Part shown: one piece after another, positions 17,300-25,513 of the stretch
How the letters are laid out: every line of letters starts with the position of its first letter
Numbering within the stretch: the first letter of the stretch is position 1
Assembly: GCA_025361105.1 (NCBI GenBank)
Contig: JANYAW010000330.1
Span: 1 to 39,036, forward strand
Direction: 5' to 3'
Length of the DNA: 39,036 nucleotides
Origin: Rhodocyclaceae bacterium
GTDB taxonomy: Bacteria; Pseudomonadota; Gammaproteobacteria; Burkholderiales; Rhodocyclaceae
Translations under genes and position numbers: made by a program
The notes under the pieces: model-generated
Told to the model about the DNA's origin: nothing
The model's input: the letters and a program-made list of their open reading frames with translations, nothing else
Database searches by the model: none

Positions 17300-18250
17300 T
17301 TACGCTGATTTATCGGGTTCGGCGAGTTGCAGCGCGGCCTGTTGTCGGTCTACAAATTCTTGCATGCTGTCGATGCCACGCACCAGCAAAATGGTTGAGC
17401 GTACCGCCGCTTCGAGCAGCACGGCGAGGTTGCGTCCGGCGGCCACCGGGATAGTCACGCGACGAATCGCAACGCCGAGTATCGTCTCATTTTGTGCGTC
17501 CAATGGCAAACGCGCGGCCTCGGGCACACCACGATTTGGCCTTTGCAAATACACCACCAGTTTCAAGCGCATTTTGCGGCGACAGGCGGTCTCGCCGAAA
17601 ACGGTGCGGATATTGAGCAAACCAAGACCGCGCACTTCGAGAAAATCGCGCAGCATTTCCGGGCAACGGCCTTCCAAAATTTCCGGTGCGACGCGCGAGA
17701 CTTCAACGACGTCATCGGCGACCAATCCATGACCGCGCGAAATAAGTTCCAAGCCCAACTCACTTTTACCGACACCCGAATCGCCTTGAATCAACACGCC
17801 CATGCCTAGCACGTCCATGAAAACACCGTGCAAGGTAATCGTTTCTGCTTGCTGACGCGACACGTAGGCACGTAAAAAATCAATCACTCTCGCAGCAGCG
17901 GTCGGCGTAGAAAACAGCGGTACATCACGCAGTTCGCATTCCCGTTTTATCGTCTCGTCAGGCTCGCAACCGTCCGCAACAATAACCGCTGGTGGATTGG
18001 CAGCAAACACATCTCGCAAATGCTTGCGCAAGGCTTCGGCGGGCAAACGTTCGACCCAAGCCATTTCCGGTGCGCCAATAACTTGCAGACGTTCGGGATG
18101 GATCAAGTTCAGATGGCCAACCAAATCGGCGGGCGACATATTGTCATTGGCCACCATCAAAGTGCGGTTGAGGTCGCCAGAGATCCACGTCAGATTCAGC
18201 GCGGTGCGATTATTTTCAAACAGCTCGGCGACAATTAATGGGCGCGACAT
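17300..18250 (-). CDS. hprK: HPr kinase/phosphorylase
   Basis: 316 aa, P-loop GDSGVGKSE, full-length HprK similarity. Confidence 0.93.
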   Translation of the reverse strand: MSRPLIVAELFENNRTALNLTWISGDLNRTLMVANDNMSPADLVGHLNLIHPERLQVIGAPEMAWVERLPAEALRKHLRDVFAANPPAVIVADGCEPDETIKRECELRDVPLFSTPTAAARVIDFLRAYVSRQQAETITLHGVFMDVLGMGVLIQGDSGVGKSELGLELISRGHGLVADDVVEVSRVAPEILEGRCPEMLRDFLEVRGLGLLNIRTVFGETACRRKMRLKLVVYLQRPNRGVPEAARLPLDAQNETILGVAIRRVTIPVAAGRNLAVLLEAAVRSTILLVRGIDSMQEFVDRQQAALQLAEPDKSA

Positions 18251-18267
18251 TGCTTGGCTCTGAGTGC

Positions 18268-18744
18268 TTAGTCGGACTGCCAGTTGGAAAACAATTCGAG
18301 CAGCGCGGTGTTGTCCGGCGCGCTTTGCAATAATTCACGAAAACGTCGCTCAGAAAACATTTGGGCAAGTTCGGAGAGCAATTGCAAATGTTGCTCGTTG
18401 GCGCTTTGCGGCACCAGCAGCACAAACACCATTTGAACGCCGACACCATCTGGTGCATCAAAAGGAATCGGAGAGGCCAAACGAAAGAACGCAGCGACCG
18501 CCGATTTCAAACCTTTTATACGTCCATGCGGGATGGCGACACCGAGCCCCAGTCCGGTTGAGCCAAGTTTTTCGCGGGCGAACAGTGCGTCATACACGGT
18601 GCTACGAGCAAGCTGTTGGCTGTTTTCAAATAACAAACCAGCTTGTTCAAAGACACGCTTTTTGCTGCTGGCATCGAGGTCTACCACGATGCGCTCAGGG
18701 CGCAGCAAGCTGGCAATGTGGTTCAAAGAAGTTGTGGTGGTCAT
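18268..18744 (-). CDS. ptsN: PTS IIA-like nitrogen regulatory protein
   Basis: 158 aa, phosphorylatable His context GLGVAIPHGR. Confidence 0.92.
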   Translation of the reverse strand: MTTTTSLNHIASLLRPERIVVDLDASSKKRVFEQAGLLFENSQQLARSTVYDALFAREKLGSTGLGLGVAIPHGRIKGLKSAVAAFFRLASPIPFDAPDGVGVQMVFVLLVPQSANEQHLQLLSELAQMFSERRFRELLQSAPDNTALLELFSNWQSD

Positions 18745-18844
18745 GGATAGATGCTGTAAAACGGCGGCGAGTATAGCGCGCTGCGCGATGGATTATTGTG
18801 AGATGCAATGCCGGAAAAGACTGTTGCGCGCAGACAACTCATTC

Positions 18845-18897
18845 GTCATTCCGGTTTCCACAGGGAATCCAGGGGGTGCAGAGATCGCCGGAATGAC
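18845..18897. repeat. REP-like palindromic element (GTCATTCCGG ... CCGGAATGAC)
   Basis: 10-bp perfect inverted repeat separated by 33 nt, with an inner ATTCC..GGAAT sub-palindrome. It resembles the ATTCCC-N-GGGAAT class of proteobacterial intergenic repeats. Lies in the hpf-ptsN spacer. Confidence 0.6.
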
Positions 18898-18928
18898 AGC
18901 ATAAGGTGATGATTTTTATTGGCACTTT

Positions 18929-19243
18929 TTACTCGGCCGCCACTCGCTTGTCGTGCGTATGGTCAGAGACTCTTTCCTTGTGTTTGACAACCTGTCGGTC
19001 AAGCTTATCGGCGACCAAATCAATCGATGCATACAGGTTGGCATCCGTAGCGTCGGCGAAAATATCTTTGCCTTTGACATGTAGCGTGACTTCGGCTTTT
19101 TGCACAAGTTTGTCGACGGAGAGAATGACATGGACGCTGGTGACGTGATCAAAGTGGCGTATCACGCGCTCTAGTTTGTTCGTCGCATACTCGCGAATAG
19201 CGGGGGTAAGCTCGACATGATGTCCGGTGATGTTCAGGTTCAT
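18929..19243 (-). CDS. hpf: Ribosome hibernation promoting factor
   Basis: 104 aa; MNLNITGHHVELTPAIREY... is typical of HPF/RaiA. RBS GAGGAG. Confidence 0.92.
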   Translation of the reverse strand: MNLNITGHHVELTPAIREYATNKLERVIRHFDHVTSVHVILSVDKLVQKAEVTLHVKGKDIFADATDANLYASIDLVADKLDRQVVKHKERVSDHTHDKRVAAE

Positions 19244-19287
19244 GATCTCTCCTCAGTTGGGTGCAACGTTAAGTGCGGCAAAATTAA

Positions 19288-20769
19288 TTACAAGGTCTTG
19301 CGATGACTTACCGGCGGTATGCTCAGCAGGTCGCGGTACTTGGCGATGGTACGCCGCGCCACAACAATGCCTTGTTCGCCGAGGACTTCTGCCAAACGGG
19401 CATCCGAGAGCGGCTTCCGGCCATCCTCGGCGCCGACCAGTTGCTTGATCAGCGCCCGAATTGCAGTACTGGATGCCGCGCCGCCGGAATCTGTGGCAAC
19501 GTGACTACCAAAAAAATATTTGAGTTCAAAAATGCCGCGCGGACTGGCGATGTATTTTTGGGTGGTCACACGAGAGATGGTGGACTCGTGCAAATTAACA
19601 ATCTCAGCAATTTCACGTAACGTAAGCGGTCGCATTGCGACTTCGCCATGATCGAAAAACGCCCGCTGACGATCAACGATTGCTTGCGAGACGCGCAAGA
19701 TGGTATCGAAACGTTGTTGCACGTTTTTGATCAGCCATTTGGCCTCTTGCAATTGTGTGGCAAGGCCAGCATTAGAGCCAGCACCGCTGCGTTGGCGCTG
19801 CAAAATACCCGCGTATAAACGATTGATCCGCAGACGCGGCATTGCGTCGCCATTCAAGCTGCAGACCCAGTTGTGGCGGATTTTTCTTACCGAGACATCA
19901 GGAACGACATAACGCGTATCCATCGCCGCAAACGCCGCACCTGGACGTGGGTTGAGCGTGGCAATGAGATCGAGCGCGTAGCGTAATTCGTCGTCGGCAC
20001 AGCCCAAGGATTTTTTGATGCGGACGTAATCGCGACTGGCCACCAGATCTAAATGCTGCTTGACTAATGCCAGCGCCAACTCGCGTTCGGGGTTGGCCAC
20101 GCCGGCATCAAGTTGCAGAATCAGGCATTCACGACAATTGCGTGCGGCAATCCCTAACGGGGAAAAATGTTGCAAATGGCGCAGAGCGATTTTTAGCTCA
20201 TCGAGCAAATTTTCGCGAGTTTCGTCCGCTGTTTCGTCGGCGATGTCTTCAACCGGCAACACCTCCAATAATTCCTCTAGCGATTGCGCCAAATAACCGT
20301 CATCGTCAAGCGCTTCTATGAGGAAGGCGACCAAAGCACGGTCGCGTGCACTTAATTGCGTGAGCCCCAATTGCGCGTTGAGGTGTTCGCTTAAGGTAAT
20401 GCAGGCCGACTGTGTCTGGCCGCTGTCCATGTCTTCGTCATTGAAATCACGCGGGCTGTTGCCGCTGCCAATGTCAGCACCCCAACCATCATCGGCAAGC
20501 CCTTCGTAGGGACTATCAGGTTCGGCATTTTCATCCATTTTACTGGCCGTCGCTTCAGTCGGTTCCAGTGTCGATTTACCGCTGTCCTGACCTGCCGTGA
20601 AACCCGCGTCGCCCGCCTCGATGCGCTCTAACATTGGATTGTCATGAAGCGCTTGTTCAATCTCGGCATTGAGTTCCATTGTCGAGAGCTGCAATAAACG
20701 AATCGCTTGCTGGAGCTGCGGCGTGAGCGCCAGATGCTGGGAAACTCTGAGTTGTAAGGCCTGTCTCAT
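19288..20769 (-). CDS. rpoN: RNA polymerase sigma-54 factor
   Basis: 493 aa with a Gln/Leu-rich N-terminus, an acidic region, and the C-terminal RpoN box ARRTIAKYR. Confidence 0.96.
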   Translation of the reverse strand: MRQALQLRVSQHLALTPQLQQAIRLLQLSTMELNAEIEQALHDNPMLERIEAGDAGFTAGQDSGKSTLEPTEATASKMDENAEPDSPYEGLADDGWGADIGSGNSPRDFNDEDMDSGQTQSACITLSEHLNAQLGLTQLSARDRALVAFLIEALDDDGYLAQSLEELLEVLPVEDIADETADETRENLLDELKIALRHLQHFSPLGIAARNCRECLILQLDAGVANPERELALALVKQHLDLVASRDYVRIKKSLGCADDELRYALDLIATLNPRPGAAFAAMDTRYVVPDVSVRKIRHNWVCSLNGDAMPRLRINRLYAGILQRQRSGAGSNAGLATQLQEAKWLIKNVQQRFDTILRVSQAIVDRQRAFFDHGEVAMRPLTLREIAEIVNLHESTISRVTTQKYIASPRGIFELKYFFGSHVATDSGGAASSTAIRALIKQLVGAEDGRKPLSDARLAEVLGEQGIVVARRTIAKYRDLLSIPPVSHRKTL

Positions 20770-20788
20770 CTAGTGTGGCGCGGCTCAA

Positions 20789-21601
20789 TCACATCCGGAA
20801 ATGTTCGCCCAGATACACGCGGCGGACGGCTTCATTATCGACAATCTCGTCGGGATGTCCAGCGGCTAAAACGATGCCTTCATTGATGATGGTCGCGCGG
20901 TCGCAAATGCCTAAGGTTTCGCGCACATTGTGGTCGGTAATCAGCACGCCGATGTCGCGATCTTTGAGGAAATGAATGATTTTTTGGATGTCCAAAACAG
21001 CAATTGGATCAACCCCCGCGAAAGGCTCGTCCAGCAAAATGAAGCTTGGCCTTGTCGCCAACGCGCGCGCAATTTCGACGCGTCGCCGTTCGCCACCTGA
21101 GAGCGACACCGCAATATTTTTGCGGATGTGGTCGATGTGCAATTCTTCGAGCAATTCACCCAATCGTGTTTCCAGATTGACCGCGTCGAGGTCTTGCAAT
21201 TCCAGTACGGCGCGAATGTTATCTTCGACCGAGAGCTTGCGAAATACCGAATTTTCTTGCGGTAAATAAGACAATCCCATGCGCGCACGGCGATGTATCG
21301 GCAAGTGCGTGAGCCGTGTATTGCCGTGGCCGCCGCTCAAACGAATCTCGCCACCGTCGGCGGCTACGAGGCCAACGACCATATAAAAACACGTCGTTTT
21401 CCCAGCGCCATTGGGGCCGAGCAATCCCACAACTTCTCCCGCTCCGACATCAAAAGACACGTCTTTAACGACTGTGCGGCTTTTATATTTCTTGCGCAAA
21501 TTGTGCGCGGAAAGACGTGCCGGTTGCGGCGTAATGTCGCCTTCATTGGCAACACCTGCGAAGAGATCTGGCGTGAGTATGTCGGGGACAATGTGTTTCA
21601 T
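20789..21601 (-). CDS. lptB: LPS export ABC transporter ATP-binding protein
   Basis: 270 aa from ATG 21601. A GTG at 21619 is possible but would run into the repeat. Walker [10 protein letters not shown]; ABC signature LSGGERRR. Confidence 0.92.
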   Translation of the reverse strand: MKHIVPDILTPDLFAGVANEGDITPQPARLSAHNLRKKYKSRTVVKDVSFDVGAGEVVGLLGPNGAGKTTCFYMVVGLVAADGGEIRLSGGHGNTRLTHLPIHRRARMGLSYLPQENSVFRKLSVEDNIRAVLELQDLDAVNLETRLGELLEELHIDHIRKNIAVSLSGGERRRVEIARALATRPSFILLDEPFAGVDPIAVLDIQKIIHFLKDRDIGVLITDHNVRETLGICDRATIINEGIVLAAGHPDEIVDNEAVRRVYLGEHFRM

Positions 21602-21614
21602 CGTGCGCTTTCTT

Positions 21615-21708
21615 GACACGGCGGCGAAGCAGGGGTTTCACGATGCACTGCTTCGCGCCTGCGTAGCGGGTCGGCTGTGCAATGCCGACACTCCCCACCA
21701 GCACAAAC
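21615..21708 (+). repeat. Long-form intergenic repeat, copy B
   Basis: Aligns with 13581-13686. Hairpin 1 is GCGAAGCAG ... CTGCTTCGC (21624-21656) and hairpin 2 is GTCGGC tgtgcaat GCCGAC (21670-21689). It ends in CACCAGCACAAAC. Confidence 0.8.
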
Positions 21709-21740
21709 GGGCGAACTGTTATGCGGTGCGTGGCAATAGC

Positions 21741-22277
21741 TCATTTGTTTGCCTCGCCAGATTCCATTGCGGCCTCTTTCGCGTCGCGCAAAATCCGGCG
21801 TATCACGTCAGTGGAGAATCCCCGATACTGTAAAAAGCGCGCTTGCCTTGCCCATTCCTTGGCATCCTTAGGCACCTCACCAAATTTTCGATTCCATAGC
21901 GCAGCGGCGCGATGGAATTCGTCGTTGTCGGTTTCGGTGGCTAGCTGCGTGTCGAGTTGGTCGGCGGCAAGTTCATTGCCGATTCCTTTGCTGCGCAGAG
22001 TCTGCGCGAGACGTGAACGACCTAAGCGCGCCGCGTGGCTGCGGACGTAGCTGGCGGCGTAGCGCTCATCTGACAATAGCCCCAGTTCAGTTAGCTCGTC
22101 CAACACGATGGAGATTTCATCCACCGTGCCGTGCTCTGCTAATTTTTTGACCAATTCCGCGCGGCTGCGTTCACGACCAGCAAGCAGACGAATAGCGCGC
22201 TGGCGCAGGCTCAATGAGTCTGTACCAGTGCCAGCGCCAAATTTTGCGCCAATTGTTTGCTTGTTTTCGCCACCCAT
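21741..22277 (-). CDS. recX: Recombination regulator RecX
   Basis: 178 aa from ATG 22277 (MGGENK...SLSLRQRAIRLLAGRERSRAELVKKL). The longer 305-aa ORF overlaps recA and is not credible. Confidence 0.85.
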   Translation of the reverse strand: MGGENKQTIGAKFGAGTGTDSLSLRQRAIRLLAGRERSRAELVKKLAEHGTVDEISIVLDELTELGLLSDERYAASYVRSHAARLGRSRLAQTLRSKGIGNELAADQLDTQLATETDNDEFHRAAALWNRKFGEVPKDAKEWARQARFLQYRGFSTDVIRRILRDAKEAAMESGEANK

Positions 22278-22332
22278 CGCTACTTGCAAAAAACCTCCTG
22301 CTACGTTTGCGCGGTGACGCCAAACGCCGCCT

Positions 22333-23370
22333 TTAGTCGTCGCTGTCTGACACCGCCGCTGACCTTGCAACACCCGGTGTCGCAACGCCGACAGCGGCGC
22401 GCACTTTACTTTCAATTTCGGTTGAAAGCTCGGGATGTTCGCGCAAAAATTTTCGCGCGTTGTCCTTGCCTTGACCGATTTTTTCACCCTTGTAGGCGTA
22501 CCACGCACCGGATTTTTCGACGATTTTGTGGATAACGCCCAATTCCACCACTTCTCCTTCGCGCGAAATGCCCTCTCCATAGAGAATATCAAAATGCGCT
22601 TCACGGAACGGCGGTGCGACCTTGTTCTTGACGACTTTGACTTTGGTTTCGTTGCCAATCACTTCATCGCCGTTTTTTATCGCGCCGGTGCGGCGGATGT
22701 CCATACGAACGGATGCATAAAACTTAAGTGCGTTACCGCCAGTGGTGGTTTCAGGGCTGCCGAACATGACACCGATTTTCATGCGGATTTGGTTGATGAA
22801 AATCACCAAAGTGTTCGTGCGCTTGATATTCGCCGTGAGTTTGCGCAGTGCCTGGCTCATCAATCGCGCTTGGAGGCCAGGCAATTGGTCGCCCATTTCG
22901 CCTTCAATTTCGGCGCGGGGCGTGAGTGCGGCGACCGAGTCGATAACGATTAAATCAACGCCGCCCGAGCGCACCAACATATCGGTAATTTCCAGCCCTT
23001 GCTCGCCGGTATCGGGTTGCGAAATCAGCAGATCGGGCACATTCACGCCGAGCTTGGCGGCATAACCCGGGTCGAGCGCATTTTCCGCGTCGATGTACGC
23101 GGCAACACCACCGGCTTTTTGGATTTCAGCAACAACATGCAAACACAAGGTGGTTTTGCCAGAGGATTCCGGGCCGTAGATTTCAACCACACGACCGCGC
23201 GGCAGACCGCCGATGCCCAAGGCGATGTCCAAACCCAGTGATCCCGTCGAAACGGTTTGAATGTCGTCGGAAGCGAGGCCTTCGCCCATCTTCATGATGG
23301 AGCCTTTGCCAAACTGCTTTTCGATTTGCGCCAGCGCGGCTTGTAGCGCCTTGGTTTTGTTGTCGTCCAT
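22333..23370 (-). CDS. recA: Recombinase A
   Basis: 345 aa from ATG 23370 ([26 protein letters not shown]). Walker [10 protein letters not shown]. Confidence 0.97.
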   Translation of the reverse strand: MDDNKTKALQAALAQIEKQFGKGSIMKMGEGLASDDIQTVSTGSLGLDIALGIGGLPRGRVVEIYGPESSGKTTLCLHVVAEIQKAGGVAAYIDAENALDPGYAAKLGVNVPDLLISQPDTGEQGLEITDMLVRSGGVDLIVIDSVAALTPRAEIEGEMGDQLPGLQARLMSQALRKLTANIKRTNTLVIFINQIRMKIGVMFGSPETTTGGNALKFYASVRMDIRRTGAIKNGDEVIGNETKVKVVKNKVAPPFREAHFDILYGEGISREGEVVELGVIHKIVEKSGAWYAYKGEKIGQGKDNARKFLREHPELSTEIESKVRAAVGVATPGVARSAAVSDSDD

Positions 23371-23488
23371 GTGCTCTCTTCTTTCCTTGGTTTCGATTAT
23401 GGCATGCGTTTTGCTGGAAATTTTCTTGCGCCTTTCAGTGACAATACCAGCGGTTTTTTGCAACGACTTCCCGTACTAATTCACATTG

Positions 23489-23983
23489 CTAATTCACTCC
23501 TCCGATACGACTCAATAAACCTTGCAAGGCATGGATGACGGCCTGACGACGAATGCTTTCTCGGTCGCCGATGAACTCGCATTGCTCAGTTTGTACAGCG
23601 TGGTCTTTCATGCACCAAGCAAAGCATACGGTGCCTACTGGCTTATCAGGTGAGCCACCGGTCGGCCCAGCAACACCAGTGATCGCCAGCGAAATTTGTG
23701 CTGCTGAATGACACAACGCGCCTGCCGCCATTTCGCCTGCCGTCTCAAGACTTACCGCGCCATACGCCTCAAGCGTCGCCAAGCGCACACCAAGCATGTC
23801 GATTTTTGCTTGATTGGAATAGGTCACAAAACCACGCTCAAACCACGCTGAACTGCCCGCCGTGTGAGTGATTACTTGCGCCACCCAGCCTCCGGTGCAT
23901 GATTCGGCTGTTGCAATCGCCAGTTGGTGCTGGCGACACGCCGTCCCCAGCACGACAGAAAGTTGGGCGAGTTGGTCATCCAT
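23489..23983 (-). CDS. pncC: CinA-family C-terminal domain protein / nicotinamide-nucleotide amidohydrolase
   Basis: 164 aa; the conserved TAESCTGGW motif lies near the N-terminus. Confidence 0.88.
   Translation of the reverse strand: MDDQLAQLSVVLGTACRQHQLAIATAESCTGGWVAQVITHTAGSSAWFERGFVTYSNQAKIDMLGVRLATLEAYGAVSLETAGEMAAGALCHSAAQISLAITGVAGPTGGSPDKPVGTVCFAWCMKDHAVQTEQCEFIGDRESIRRQAVIHALQGLLSRIGGVN
23921..23945 (-). repeat. Intragenic copy of the motif (CAGTTGGTGCTGGCGACACGCCGTC)
   Basis: Exact core. Followed by CCCAGCACGACAG (23946-23958), a degenerate inverted arm. Translated in cinA as TACRQHQLA. Confidence 0.8.
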
Positions 23984-23989
23984 CGCAAC

Positions 23990-24514
23990 TCACTTCCACA
24001 CCGCAGCAAACGCCATTTGCGCCAGCAAAATCGTCAGCACCGTATAGCCCGCCGCAACCACATCGTCCATCATTACGCCAAGGCCATTCTTGACCTGCGT
24101 GTCGAAATATTTGGCGGGCTGTGGTTTGACGATATCGTAAAAGCGAAACCACAAAAAAGCCGCCAACTGCCACGCCCAACCCATCGGTGTCAGGCTGGCG
24201 GAAATCAGTAATAGCACCGCCCAAAATGGCACGATTTCATCCCACACTATCGCTCCGTGATCGACCACGCCAAGCGTGCGACCAGTGATTTGACAACACC
24301 ACACGCCAAACGCAAACGCCACCAGCAAGAAAACGGCAAACACGGTGTCCATGTCCATCAGCGCACGCAGTGGCCAATAGGTTGCCCAAGCGAACAGCGT
24401 CCCCGCAGTGCCTGGCGCAAACGGCGACAAGCCCGAGCCAAAGCCCGTTGCAACAATGTGCGCCGGATGCTTGAACAAAAAAGCTAAAGGTGGTGGAGCG
24501 GATTTTTTTATCAT
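23990..24514 (-). CDS. pgpA: Phosphatidylglycerophosphatase A
   Basis: 174 aa, membrane protein, with PgpA-like GFGSGLSPFAPGTAGTL and VKPQPAKYFD motifs. Confidence 0.88.
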   Translation of the reverse strand: MIKKSAPPPLAFLFKHPAHIVATGFGSGLSPFAPGTAGTLFAWATYWPLRALMDMDTVFAVFLLVAFAFGVWCCQITGRTLGVVDHGAIVWDEIVPFWAVLLLISASLTPMGWAWQLAAFLWFRFYDIVKPQPAKYFDTQVKNGLGVMMDDVVAAGYTVLTILLAQMAFAAVWK

Positions 24515-24593
24515 GATTTGCTCGTCGGATTAGGCTTTGCGCTGGCATTAACTAATGCAAGCTTATGAAACATCAGCGAAAATATATTGTTAA

Positions 24594-24613
24594 TACTGTA
24601 TGCGCAACCAGTA
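24594..24613. promoter_or_regulatory. LexA (SOS) box TACTGTATGCGCAACCAGTA
   Basis: Fits the proteobacterial consensus TACTG(TA)5CAGTA. CTG-N10-CAG is present, the TACTG/CAGTA ends are perfect, and there is one mismatch in CTGT-N8-ACAG. Embedded in an AT-rich divergent promoter region. Confidence 0.75.
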
Positions 24614-24738
24614 TATAACGATAAATTGAACTATGCAAGATACGGTAAAAATGAACGCCACCTTGCCGTGCGCAGACACACGGTGGTAACAATCAAACGC
24701 ACAAGGTGAGAAAATGCGGTATCAATCGAGGAGCATTC

Positions 24739-25494
24739 ATGCCTTTTATCGGTCTGGGAATTCATATTTTGGTCGCCCTATTTTTCGCCATCCACGCGAT
24801 TCGGCGCGGACAGGAGCTTTATTGGCTGATTATCTTGTTCACGTTTCCGCTACTGGGCAGTATTGTGTATTTTCTGGCGGTCTATTTGCCTGAAACAAGG
24901 CTTGAACGAGGCGCACGAAAAACCGTCGCCGCAGTCGCCAGATCACTTGATCCGACGCGAGAACTGCGGGAAGCACGGGCAGCTTTTGAATACACGGCGA
25001 CCGCACAAAATCAAATGCGGCTTGCCAAAGCCTTGCTTGAATCGGGTGCGATTGACGAAGCTGCCGATAACTACGAAGCTTGTTTGCAAGGGCCGTTTGC
25101 GTCTGATCCGGAAATCAAGTTTTTGGCGGCGCGCGCATTGCTCGAAAGTCATCGCTATGCCAACGCGGTGGCTCGACTGGAAGAGTTGCTTACACAAAAC
25201 GCCAAATTCAAACCTGAGCAAACGGCATTACTGCTCGGTCGTGCACTTGCCGGCGCGGGTCGGCAAACCGAAGCACTGGCGACGCTGAATGACGCAGTGA
25301 GTCGATTCGGCAGTTTTGAGGCACAGGCCGAATTGGCCATATGCGCGTATTGCGCAGGAGATTTCGCCACCGCTGAACGCCTCCAACACGACCTTGATCA
25401 AGCGATGCAACGATGGAGCAAACACACACGTGACATCAATGCTGAACTCGTACGCCGATTGAACGCAGCGAAAGCGTCCAAGCCAGTAAGTTAA
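24739..25494 (+). CDS. Membrane protein with PLDc_N-type N-terminal domain and TPR-like C-terminal region
   Basis: 251 aa from ATG 24739, preceded by GAGGAG. Two TM helices with LYWLIILFTFPLLGSIVYFLAVYLPE (PLD-nuclease N-terminal type), then Ala/Leu-rich helical repeats. Confidence 0.7.
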   Translation: MPFIGLGIHILVALFFAIHAIRRGQELYWLIILFTFPLLGSIVYFLAVYLPETRLERGARKTVAAVARSLDPTRELREARAAFEYTATAQNQMRLAKALLESGAIDEAADNYEACLQGPFASDPEIKFLAARALLESHRYANAVARLEELLTQNAKFKPEQTALLLGRALAGAGRQTEALATLNDAVSRFGSFEAQAELAICAYCAGDFATAERLQHDLDQAMQRWSKHTRDINAELVRRLNAAKASKPVS

Positions 25495-25513
25495 ACGCAA
25501 AAACGCGGCATTG

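Noticed and set aside
21741-22658. 305-aa version of the recX ORF
   Set aside because: The N-terminal 127 residues overlap the 3' end of recA in another frame and are Lys/Arg-rich nonsense. The ATG at 22277 gives a normal-length RecX.
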